From the NCBI RefSeq assembly GCF_006345805.1, contig NC_042998.1, positions 182,776,001 to 182,840,000 of the forward strand: a stretch of DNA of 64,000 nt, in the 5' to 3' direction. Position 1 is the first letter of the stretch, and every line of letters starts with the position of its first letter. Of the stretch, positions 53,066 to 64,000 are shown piece by piece. This DNA comes from Octopus sinensis. Taxonomy: Eukaryota. The notes beneath the pieces were generated by a model. It searched no databases, was not told the origin of the DNA, and saw only the letters and a program-made list of their open reading frames with translations. Both the position numbers and the translations under genes were made by a program.

Positions 53066-53758
53066 TACCTATTTCTTTACTACTCACAAGGGGCTAAACA
53101 CAGAGGGGACAAACAAGGACGGAATTTGAACCCAGAACGTAAAGACGGACAAAATATCTATTTCTTTACTAACCCACAAGAGGCTAAACATAGAGGGGAC
53201 AAACAAGGACAGACAAACGGATTAAGTCGATTATATCGACCCCAGTGCGTAACTGGTATTTATTTAATCGACCCCGAAAGGATGAAAAGCAAAATCGACC
53301 TCGGCGGAATTTGAACTCAGAACGTAGCAGCAGACGAAATACCTATTTCTTTATTACCCACAAGGGGCTAAACACTGAGGGGACAAACAAGGACAGACAA
53401 ACGGATTAAGTCGATTATATCGACTCCAGTGCGTAACTGGTATTTATTTAATCGATCCCGAAAGGATGAAAAGCAAAGTCGACCTCGGCGGAATTTGAAC
53501 TCAGAACGTAGCAGCAGACGAAATACCTATTTCTTTATTACCCACAAGGGGCTAAACACAGAGAGGACGAACAAGAACAGACAAACGGATTAAGTCGATT
53601 ATATCGACCCCAGTGCGTAACTGGTATTTATTTAATCGACCTCGAAAGGATGAAAAGCAAAGTCGACCTCGGCGAAATTTGAACTCAGAACGTAACGGCA
53701 GACGAAATACCGCTAAGCATTTCACCCGGCGTGCTAACGTTTCTGCCAGCTCGCCGCC
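53066..53758 (-). mobile_element. SINE family B head-to-tail array of ~184 bp units
   Basis: Unit starts at 53156, 53341 and 53525; only one A-box head (53740-53758). Confidence 0.92.
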
Positions 53759-54161
53759 CTCACTTCCCCAATACCAAACTTAACTTCTCACTTTAGTCAG
53801 ATTTCAGTTCTTTTAATCTTATTGGTACGCGCACACAGTGCACAAACTCAGTTCAATTAAATCACACACACACACACACACCTGGGTTAAATTACGCACG
53901 CACACACGCGCGCACGTGCACGCACACACGCGCGTACGTGCACGCACCTACACAAACAACTGAATGTGTCCTTTTATTTTTTTGTTTCAGTCAGTTGACT
54001 GCGGCCATGTTGGAGCACTGCCTTGGAGGGTTTTAGTCGAACTAATCGACCTCCAGGACATTTCTAAGCCTAGTAGTATTTTATTGTCCCTTTTGACGAA
54101 CTGCTAAGTTACGAGAACGTAAACACACCAACACCGGTTGTCAAGCGGTAGGGGTACAAAG

Positions 54162-54206
<45 letters not shown>

Positions 54207-54208
<2 letters not shown>

Positions 54209-54365
54209 CTTTATATAATTAGGGTTCAGCAAAAAAACTTTTTTTGCTGAACCCTAATTATATAAAGTAATGTTTGAATATACCGTAAATGGTCCTTTTA
54301 CATACTGAACACTGCTTGGTAAAATTATTAATTACTAATTAATTAATTTTACCCTTATTATCATT

Positions 54366-54413
<48 letters not shown>

Positions 54414-54636
54414 CGTTTTGGGATTTGGTTTGCAAGATTCTTTATATGAGTTCGTGTGTTGAAGCATATTCTGTTGTGTCTGGGGAGAGTCATTTTCTTT
54501 TTGTGCCTTATAATGTAACACACAGGAAAGTAAAAATAAGAAATTAAAAATAAGAAATAAGTGCAAATTTTACCGGTGAGTGTGTTACATTATAAGACAC
54601 AAAAAGAAAATGACTCTCTCCAGACACAACAGTAAA
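54207..54636. mobile_element. Two (TA)n-embedded fold-back elements
   Basis: Arms 54207-54235 / 54241-54269, and 54471-54523 / 54580-54632. Confidence 0.7.
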
Positions 54637-54669
<33 letters not shown>

Positions 54670-54813
54670 GTGTGTGTGTGTGTGGAGAGAGAGAGAGAGA
54701 GAGAGAGAGAGTCAAAATGAGGGTGAAAAAATTGGATATCAATTTAATAACATCAATTTAAACACCAGTGGCCTAGCGTATAAAAGATTGAGGTTCAGTA
54801 AATATTATTTGTG

Positions 54814-54863
<50 letters not shown>

Positions 54864-55885
54864 GTGTGTGTGTGTGTACGGCGGGCTTCTTTCAGTTTCC
54901 GTCTACCAAATCCACTCACAAGGCTTCGGTCGACCAGACTGAATCAGGAACCATGTGGTTGAGAGGCAGTTTTCTTATCACACAGCTACACCTGCGCCTA
55001 TGTGTGTATGTATACAAATAGTTGTGTATATACCTGTACGCGTACGCCTACACAAACAAGTAAACATACCACCCTTAGCAATTTTGAAGAAATATTCTAG
55101 ATATACAACCACAGAGTAAGCGTGGAAAGGAATCCATAATAATGTTTAACAAAAACATATTGCATTATTAATGGATTGTTGATGAGGTTCCTTATCAGTT
55201 TCTCCTCATTTTTCCTTCTAGTTTTTTTTTTTTTTTTTTCATTATTTTATTGCCCCCACCTCGACTCCACTCCCTCATCCCAACTATTCGTGTACTTGAT
55301 TTTTCCCATATTCTTAATCTCAGAAATATTCTTAAAAAAATACTTAAAAATACTTAAAAAAAAAAAAAAAAATGAAATATTTTACACACATATACACACA
55401 CACACACGCACACACACACACACGCGCGCGCACACCCACCCACGCACGCACGCACACACGTATACGTCATTTCCCCCCTGCAGCCTCCTTTCCTTTCTTT
55501 CTATTAACCTCATCCAACTGTCTCAATACCCTTAGTAACTCCCATTACATTTCTCTACTCATATTCATTAATACAACTATTTCCCCGCTCCCTCTCTCTC
55601 TTGCTTCTCCATCCCCTCTCACCTCCATCATCATTACACTTTCCACCACTGCACACCCCACCAACTTTTCCCTCCCTACATCTCAAATCTTAACATAAGC
55701 TCAGAGCGCCTCCCATACTTACAAGCGCCTTATTTTTCCCTTTCTCTTTCTTTAATTTTTAAAAAAAATTTCTTTCCTTCTTCGTTGCTTCCTTTTCTAT
55801 TTGTAACTTTTCCGTTTCGATTTCTAACTATTTTTATTATCCGAAAGTTTATTAAGCTTTTTATTCTTTTAACATAGATACCGGT

Positions 55886-56284
55886 ATACTCTTTACTCTT
55901 TTACTTGTTTCAGTCATTTGACTGCGGCCATGCTGGAGCACCGCCTTTAATCGAGCAACTCGACCCCGGGACTTATTCTTTTGTAAGCCCAGTACTTATT
56001 CTATCGGTCTCTTTTGCCGAACCGCTAAGTAACGGGGACATAAACAAACCAGCATCGGTTGTCAAGCAATGCTAGGGGGACAAACACAGACACACAAACA
56101 CACACACGCATATATATATACACATATATACGACGGGCTTCTTTCATTTTCCGTCTACCAAATCCACTCACAAGGCTTTGGTCGGCCCGAGGCTATAGTA
56201 GAAGACACTTGCCCAAGGTGCCACGCAGTGGGACTGAACCCGGAACCATGTGGTTGGTAAGCAAGCTACTTACCACACAGCCAT
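55886..56284 (-). mobile_element. SINE family A, full length
   Basis: Reverse-complement homology. Confidence 0.92.
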
Positions 56285-56419
56285 GTTTGTAGATACTCAT
56301 ATTTTCATGTAGCTTATATAAGCGTGCGCTTGCGCATGCCCATGTACACGTTTATGCACCTGTGTGCGTATGATTGTATGAATACGCTTGTAAACGTACA
56401 TAAGGGTATGTGTGTAAAA

Positions 56420-57240
56420 GGCGGTAAGCTGGCAGAAACGTTAGCACGCCGGGCGAAATGCTTAGCAGTATTTCTTCTGCCGCTACGTTCTGAGTTCAAA
56501 TTCCGCCGAGGTCGACTTTGCCTTTCATCCTTTCAGGGTCGATTAAATAAGTACCAGTTACGCACTGGGGTCGATATAATCGACTTAATCCGTTTGTCTG
56601 TCCTTGTTTGTCCCCTCTATGTTTAGCCCCTTGTGGGCAATAAAAAATTGAAAGGCGGCAAGCTGGTAGAAACGTTAGCATGTCGGTCAAAATGCTTAGC
56701 GGTATTTCGTCTGCCGCTACGTTCTGAGTTCAAATTTCGCCAAGGTCGACTTTTCCTTTCATCCTTTCGGGGTCGAGAAATTAAGGACCAGTTACGCACT
56801 GGGGTCGATATAATCGACTTAATACCTATGTCTGTCCTTGTTTGTCCTCTCTGTGTTTAGCCTCTTGTTGGTAGTAAAGAAATAGAAATAGGTATTTTGT
56901 CTGCCGTTACGTTCTGAGTTCAAATTCTGCCGAGGTCGACTTTGCCTTTCATCCTTTCGGGGTCGAGTAAATAAGTACCAGTTACGCACTGGGGATCGAT
57001 ATTATCGACTTAGTCCGTTTGTTTGTCCTTGTTTGTCCCCTCTATGTTTAGCCCCTTGTGAGCAATAAAAAAAATAGGTAGTTCGTTTGCCGTTACATTC
57101 TGAGTTCAAATTCCGCCGAGGTCGATTTTTGCCTTTCATCCTTTCGGGGTCGAGTAAATAAGTACCAGTTACGCACTGGGATCGATCTAATCGACTGGCT
57201 CCCCTCCCCAAAAATTTCGGGCCTTGTGCCTAGAGTAGAA
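56420..57240 (+). mobile_element. SINE family B tandem array (4 units)
   Basis: Units start at ~56420, ~56653, ~56890 and ~57078; the last two lack the A-box head. Confidence 0.92.
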
Positions 57241-57969
57241 ATGGGTATGTGTGTAAGTGTATGCTGTTTACACGTAAATAGTCGTACCGTCTATAAATGC
57301 GTGCACGTAATGCGTATACATGTGTGTGCTTGTGTATGTACACACATAAATATGTGTGTGTGTGTGTGTGTGTACGTGCGCGTGTTTACATAATTGAATA
57401 GAATCAAAGTTGTGTGTGTGTGCGCGCGCGTGTGTCAGTAGGTAGGTAAGTATTTTCCCGATGAACGCTGAAGAAGTACATTGATCGTATTACGCCATCT
57501 CGTTAATTGTTCTGCATTATAATGACAGTTGATTTACTGAAACACTTGTATGCTTTATAAATCATAAAATACCAATTATACTTTCTGTGCTTATGATTAC
57601 TATAACATGACGCGAATTTTGCACACTATATTATCCGGAAGTTTAATAGCCTTCCTCTGACTGCAGTGGATATGAGAGTGGAATGTGGAGCTTTCTGCAG
57701 AGCCCAAAGTTTTGGTTAAGTGTCACACCGTCCAGTATATTTCTACAACACCCCTATCCACACATACATATGTTTATTTACATGCTACTGTGGAGTGTGT
57801 TTTTGTGTATATGAGCATTTGTATTTGCCTTCATGTGTATGCATGCATCAAAACAGATATCCTACATCTGCATACGCACATATATTTCTACGGTATTTCA
57901 CATTGCGATTTTATCAACCGATTGGGTCTACCACTTTTCAAGTTTATATATTGTGATCCTGTTACACCA

Positions 57970-58370
57970 ACAGAGTTTTACTTGCGTCCCCAAAGTCAAC
58001 CCCCTTCCTCACCGCGGTGGGGACGCTGGCAACGGGTAGTGTCAGAGCTATGCCGTCGGGAACTTTGGTTCCTGGTAGGGCCACCCAAGGCGGATTGATC
58101 TGACACTGAGTGGTATTAGGGCCACAACCCGGCAGACGGGGCTCTGGTGAAAATCCTCGGAGTGACTGTTTCGGCAACCGGCGGCTCCTCGGTCGTTCTG
58201 TCCCTGCATCTGCGGACAATCTACGACAAACAGGATGTCTCTACACGCGGGATTGTTGGGAACCGCTCGTGAAATTCATATTCCCACGAAACTTCTTCCA
58301 CTGCCATGGTTCGAGATGCCTCGAGGGCGGTAGAAGAATTCGATTCAACCCGCCCAGGGTGAATGTCGCC
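57970..58370 (+). mobile_element. Probable RTE-clade LINE 5' UTR, GC-rich and structured
   Basis: GAGCTATGCCGTCGGGAAC..GTTCCTGGTAGGGCCACCCAAGGC, similar to RTE 5' UTR motifs I recall from other animals. Confidence 0.45.
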
Positions 58371-59415
58371 ACAAATTGAAAAAATTTAAAATTGAACAGA
58401 GTTTTGCTGAATATTATTTTGATTCCTTTTCCTAAGATACCAAAAGAAACCGAATTCATTTTGAAAGTGTTTCACACGAAACCCCTAGCGTATGAGTAAG
58501 TTTCCCTTCCCCATGAGTATTCCTAAGCTAAAACAAATGATAACTATATACGTTTGTCTGTGTAAGGACTCGACACCTTCTATAACGTCGCTAGTTACGT
58601 TCTCATGCTTTCAGCTAGTCTTTTGAATTAATTGTAATGACACTGCTGTGAGGGATTGTGGGGACCAATGTTGAGGGTCAGCAATGTGGAGAGTTTGGTG
58701 TTGTGCTTGGTGGTTTTGTCGAGTATCACCAGTGTTGTGAGGGGTTGTTTGTGTATTTGATGCTAATGGAGAATGAAAACGTCTTTCGGGGGCTGCGTGT
58801 AAAAATGATCAACAACATTCACGAACAATTAACAGAAGCTTTATTCACGGCACATAATATTTTCTGTATTGGTCTTTGGATGAGAAATAACAACGACATG
58901 TACACACGGGGAGAGACATATAACTGGGCCCTACAACAAACTAACTGGTCCGTATCACATTGTGAGCGGCCCAGCACAAGTGGAAAATAATCGCGCTATA
59001 TTCGTGACGGTAACATTTGTGTCTTCTAGACTGCCATGAGAACGGATATATTAAAGCAGCTGCCTCAACCTTTTATAGCAAGAGGTAAGACGTGTGAATG
59101 AATCGTCCAGTCTCAACACTCTGTAAAGAGTTTCGATGCAAAAAGCGGCTTTATATAAGTCACAAAGAGAAGTTTCTAGATTGTTGAATTGCGCGACGGT
59201 TTGACGCTGATAGGTCAGTTAATTGGCCGATCACATGAAACGACTGTGGCTAAGCCATGATTTCTACCCGGCTTTCCAGCTATTCGGTTTGTTTCAAATC
59301 TGCTACAACATCATCAATTCGGCTTTGTTACTTGCAGTGGATCAAAAACCATGATAGTACATTCAGCTGGTCACCGAATGATTCTTTTATTTCTTTGATA
59401 TTTCATAGGTCGAGT

Positions 59416-59836
59416 CTCTCTTTTCTCTTTTACTCTTTTACTTGTTTCAGTCATTTGACTGCGGCCATGCTGGAGCACCGCCTTTAATCGAGCAACTCGA
59501 CCACGGAACTTATTCTATTGTAAGCCCAGTACTTATTCTATCGGTCTCTTTTACCGAACCGCTAAGTGACGGGGACACAAACACACCAGCATCGGTTGTC
59601 AAGCAATGCTATGGGGACAAACACAGACACACAAACACACACACGCATACATATATACATATATACATATATACGACGGGCTTCTTTCAGTTTCCGTCTA
59701 CCAAATCCACTCACAAGGCTTTGGTCGGCCCGAGGCTATAGTAGAAGACACTTGCCCAAGGTGCCAGGCAGTGGGACTGAACCCGGAACCATGTGGTTGG
59801 TAGACAGGCTACTTACCACACAGCCACTCCTGCGCC
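59416..59836 (-). mobile_element. SINE family A, full length
   Basis: Reverse-complement homology. Confidence 0.92.
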
Positions 59837-60308
59837 TCACCAATCACAACTCATATCAACTTCTGTGCAAGATATTTGAATATAATCCTGGAGTCTCTCT
59901 TAGCTCGAACAAGTATAAATAAAGGAAGATTTTTACCTGTTCTTTCTTTTTCTTTTTTTTTTTGGAGAACCACACGCTGTCTTACTGAATCCATGCCTCT
60001 CGTTCTCTCAACCTTTCGTACTCCATTCCTTTTATATATATTTGTATTTACATATATATATAAATACACGCACAATAACGTAAAAGAAAACCTTTCCACA
60101 TTGCTTCTTACAGATTCGTCATACTTTGTTTCCGTGTAAATGTATGCAACTATTTGCATAAGTGACCGTTTAACTCGGCCTTTTTTGAAAACAATTATGA
60201 TTAACGGCATGGCGTTCTAGTCATGATCATCCTGTTTTTCTTCTCAGACGTAGTGAATCACCAAGGCCGGCTGAAGAAATTAGAAATTCAGGCAGCAGTC
60301 CAGTTATG

Positions 60309-60703
60309 GGTGCAGGCGTAACTATGTGGTAAGAAGCTTGCTTCTCAATCACATGGTTTAGGGTTCAGTTCCAGTGCCCGGCACCTTCGGCAAGCGTATT
60401 CTGCTAAAGCCTCGGGCCAACCAAAGCGTTGTGAGTGGACTTGGTAGACGGAAACTGGAAGAAGCCCGTCGTGTGTGTATCTGTCTGTTTATCTGTCTGT
60501 GTTTGTGTCTATGTTTATCCATCACCACCGCTTAACAATCGGTGCTGGTGTGTTTACGTTCCCGTAACTAAGCGGTTAAGCGGAAGAGACCGATAGAATA
60601 AATACCAGGCTTTAGAAAAAATTAGTACTAGGGTCGATACATTCGACCAAAAGTTCTTCAAGGCGACGCCACAGTCTAATGACTGAAACACAAGAAAGAA
60701 AAA
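60309..60703 (+). mobile_element. SINE family A, diverged
   Basis: Homology to the other family A copies. Confidence 0.85.
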
Positions 60704-60739
60704 GTGAAAAAGCCGAACTTATTTTAAAATGTTGCGTAG

Positions 60740-61087
60740 GTTTTATTATTATATGTGATCTCTTGACTGAACTTGACATCACAAAAGAATTATTTCCTAG
60801 AGAAACAAAGCTTCCGATAGAAGCAGTTAAATCTTTCAGTAATGATAAGTTACGCGATGTTATGCCAAATCTGTAGATTGCATTAGCAAGAATATTTACA
60901 AAACATATAATGGTGGTCACGGAGGAGAGAAGATATAATAAAGACATATTTACAGTCTCCCATGACAGATTAAATTCTCTGGCAATTTTGTGAACAGAAA
61001 ATGAGTGTAAAAAAAACAGAAAATATAGATTTAGGAAGAGCTATGAAAACATTTGCAGATATAAACTCGAGGAAAAAATGTTTTAGT
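60740..61087 (+). pseudogene. hAT transposase C-terminal dimerization domain relic
   Basis: MPNL*IALARIFT..VVTEER..SHDRLNSLAIL..IDLGRAMKTFADINSRK. Confidence 0.75.
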
Positions 61088-61285
61088 TAAGATTATGTGC
61101 TTCGCAGCATCTGATTCTTTTTTTTTCCTTTTTTGATTGCTTTTTTATGATCATATTCTTGAATCTCTTAGGAGAATATTAGTTACATCTACAAAGAGAG
61201 GCATCTTTCGGACTGCTCATCTTCATCTGCTCAGCGTTTATTTGTAACAAAAATGTATCAAGAATATTATCAGGAATTCTGTCTA

Positions 61286-61351
61286 TTGGTAGACGGAAAC
61301 TGAAAGAAGCCCGTCGTATATATGTATATGTATATGTATATACATACATAC

Positions 61352-61393
<42 letters not shown>

Positions 61394-61595
61394 CTGTGTT
61401 TGTCCCTCCCAACATCGCTTGGCAACCGATGCTAGTGTGTTTACGTCCCCGTAACTTAGCGGTTCGGCAAAAAATACCGATAGAATGAGTACTCGGCTTA
61501 CAAAGAATAAGTCCTCGGGTCGATTTCCTCGACTAAAGGCGGTGCTCCAGCATGGCCGCAGTCAAATGACTGAAACGAGTAAAAGAGTAAAAGAG
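61286..61595 (+). mobile_element. SINE family A, 5' truncated
   Basis: Homology to the other family A copies. Confidence 0.9.
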
Positions 61596-61699
61596 GAATG
61601 TAGATACGGTCTGTTCCCTAATTACCTTAATGAAAAGATTTTAAACTTTGATGCTGTGTTTCAACTGTTCTTTAAGCAGGCATAATACAATAAGCATTA

Positions 61700-61860
61700 A
61701 GACGGCGAGCTGGCAGAATCGTTAGTGCGTCGGACAAAATGCTTAGCGACATTTCTTCCAGCTCATGTTCTGAGTTCAAATTCCGTTGAAGTCGGTTTTG
61801 TTTTTCATCCTTCCAGGGTTTTTTAAAATATGAACCAGTTGAACGCTGGCATCGATGCCA
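61700..61860 (+). mobile_element. SINE family B, diverged
   Basis: GACGGCGAGCTGGCAG head and GAGTTCAAATTC B box. Confidence 0.75.
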
Positions 61861-62058
61861 AACTTTGAAACCTTCCCCTTGTGAAAATGTTATACTTTTA
61901 GGGATACCGAAATCTTCCTTGGACTATCCCTGTTTACCATAGACCTATTTAAGGTGTTCTTTGTTAAGCTGGTAGGGCGCGGTGTAATGGACATTTTGCA
62001 GTGACCATACGCAGAACACCCTTGTCGCGTATTTACACAAATAGTACATTATAGTCTA

Positions 62059-62439
62059 GGAGGCGCAATAGCCCAGTGGTTAGGGCAGCGGACTCGCGGT
62101 CATAGGATCGCGGTTTCGATTCCCAGACTGGGCATTGTGGGTGTTTATTGAGCGAAAGCACCTAAAGCTTAACGAGGCTCCGGCAGGGGATGGTGGTGAT
62201 CCCTGCTGTACTCTTTCACCACAACTTTCTCTCACTCTTCCTGTTTCTGTTGTACCTGTATTTCAAAGGGCCGGCCTTGTCACTCTCTGTGTCACGCTGA
62301 ATATCCCCGAGAACTACGTTTTGAGGGTACATGTGTCTGTGGAGTGCTCAGCCACTTACACGTTAATTTCACGAGCAGGCTGTTCCGTTGATTCGGATCA
62401 ACCGGAACCCTCGTCGTCGTAACCGACGGAGTGCTTCCA
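62059..62439 (+). mobile_element. SINE family C, full length
   Basis: Homology to 30194-30578. Confidence 0.92.
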
Positions 62440-62684
62440 TCCATCCACATTATAGTCTGCTTATCGTTATTTGTCAAGGCTCATTTATTTTACTGGTAGG
62501 AATAAAAGTAGCGGGCGTCATAGGGCAAGTAGTTATCAGTGAATGAATATGCAGTAGTATTTCCTATTTCTAACTTAAACCTCTGAGTAGGATTCTTTAT
62601 ATTTTCACAATAGTGCGCATACTGCATTTGCTGGCGTATAAGACGTTCTCTCGTTTAAGACGTCTCCCCTACTTTATAAGTATA

Positions 62685-63067
62685 CTAGCAGTATCGCCCG
62701 GCGTTGCTCGGGTTTGTAAGGGAAATAACTATATAAGCATTTTTAGAGAGTTATAGCCAAAAAATAGCAAAAAAAATGCATCAAAAATGAAAAACAAATT
62801 TTTAAATCGTTGACTCATCGTAGACATTTTTAGAGAGTTACTTCCCTTATATAATAGCGAAAAATGCATTAAAATGGAAAAAAATGATGGTAATTTTTTT
62901 TTAAATCGTAGACTCATCGTAGACGCGCGCTAATACCCAGAAGGGCTCGATATGAATCACGACTATAAGATACCCGGTTTTGGTTAAACTGCACCACAAA
63001 ATGTGGGAGTAGTTAGGAATCTAAATCGTAGGAGACAGACACACAATTTCACTTTTATATATAAAGA
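62685..63067 (-). mobile_element. Complete 383 bp non-autonomous Helitron
   Basis: On the minus strand A|TC...CCCGAGCAACGCCGGG hairpin...CTAG|T, no TSD. Confidence 0.92.
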
Positions 63068-63547
63068 TTTTGTAGAAAAAAATACAAATTTAACATGTTT
63101 CATCATACGCTCATACACTCGATATCCCACCCGTGATACAGTCGCATTAGATACATGACAATTTTTGTTACATTTAAGAATTTTTTAAAAAGTGCGTCAT
63201 ATGACGTCATACACAGTACATACATGCATAAGTAGACATATACAAACTTACACATATATAGAAACCAAACGCCAGAAATACACACTCGCACACATACACA
63301 CAAAATCACACGCACATACATACGCGATATAATAACTAGAATAAAATCTGTGATTTAAACCAATGCTACATGTATAAATTAAATTAAGTTGAATACATCA
63401 GGTAGCTGTCAGAATCTGCTTCCATGACAATCTTTGCATCGATAGCAAAACAGAGTCATCATCTTGACAAGTGGGTTTGATCTTAATTGTCATTTGGTAA
63501 TTATGACACATCTCCTGCAGATTGAAATAATTTTATTAAAAAAATTT

Positions 63548-63618
<71 letters not shown>

Positions 63619-63689
63619 CGCTATGGACTCCGTGTGGGCAGTCATCTAAAAGTTTTTGTTCATCATGATGCTGACATAAGTTCCTTGTC

Positions 63690-63742
63690 TTTCCTGATGA
63701 GAAGGCGGCATAATGCACCCCTTATTCCTTCGAAATTAGGAA
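63690..63742 (+). ncRNA. Hammerhead-like fold in a Penelope-like 3' fragment
   Basis: UUUC-CUGAUGA-GAAGG..CCUUC-GAAA-U-UA-GGAA; helix III reduced to one pair. Confidence 0.45.
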
Positions 63743-63812
63743 TATGCAGTCTTTGAAACATATGTCGAGAATAAAGGAATTTTGTAAAATCGTCGTTCAA
63801 CTCCATTATTTC

Positions 63813-63844
<32 letters not shown>

Positions 63845-63847
<3 letters not shown>

Positions 63848-64000
63848 ATCCAAACAAGAAAACACAAAAAAAAAACCACAAAAAAAACACAACAACGCGA
63901 GGACGTGGAACAAATAAAGTATTATTGGACGCTCAGGAAAGAAGGGAAGAAGGAGGGTTAAACGTTTCGATCGGAGCTCTTCGTCGGAAACATAGGAGAA
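63845..64000 (-). mobile_element. Penelope-like 3' fragment (relatives at ~20885-20960 and ~47225-47410) with degenerate hammerhead at 63957-63991
   Basis: Shared CCACGTCCTCGCGTTGTTG..TTTGGATT end abutting (TA)n; CCGACGA-A-GAGC..GAUC-GAAACGUU. Confidence 0.55.

Noticed and set aside
53066-57240. Regular repeats resembling a CRISPR array
   Set aside because: Units are whole SINE segments without unique spacers, in a eukaryotic context

Overview
AT-rich, repeat-saturated animal genomic DNA, most likely an octopod cephalopod (inferred from the SINE families and the dense (TA)n/(TATG)n/(TAA)n microsatellites). I could not support any host protein-coding exon, rRNA, tRNA gene or CRISPR array; almost all listed ORFs are microsatellite or SINE read-throughs. 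The window holds three tRNA-derived SINE families (here A = CORE-like, B = Meta-like, C) and decayed transposon coding relics: Ty3/Gypsy pol, Tigger/pogo, Helitron Rep-helicase, hAT, L1/Tx1 ORF1, two R4/Dong, two CR1 and RTE pieces. It also has MITEs (Merlin-like, hAT, mariner) and non-autonomous Helitrons. The most striking signal is a set of unrelated (TA)n-targeted Penelope-like insertions. Several carry minimal type I hammerhead ribozyme folds with different core variants (canonical, U3:A8 covariant, C4). Several have a fold-back architecture, including a 1.5 kb near-perfect palindrome, in which the inverted arm stops at an internal TA run. All translations and folds were read by eye; relic boundaries are approximate.
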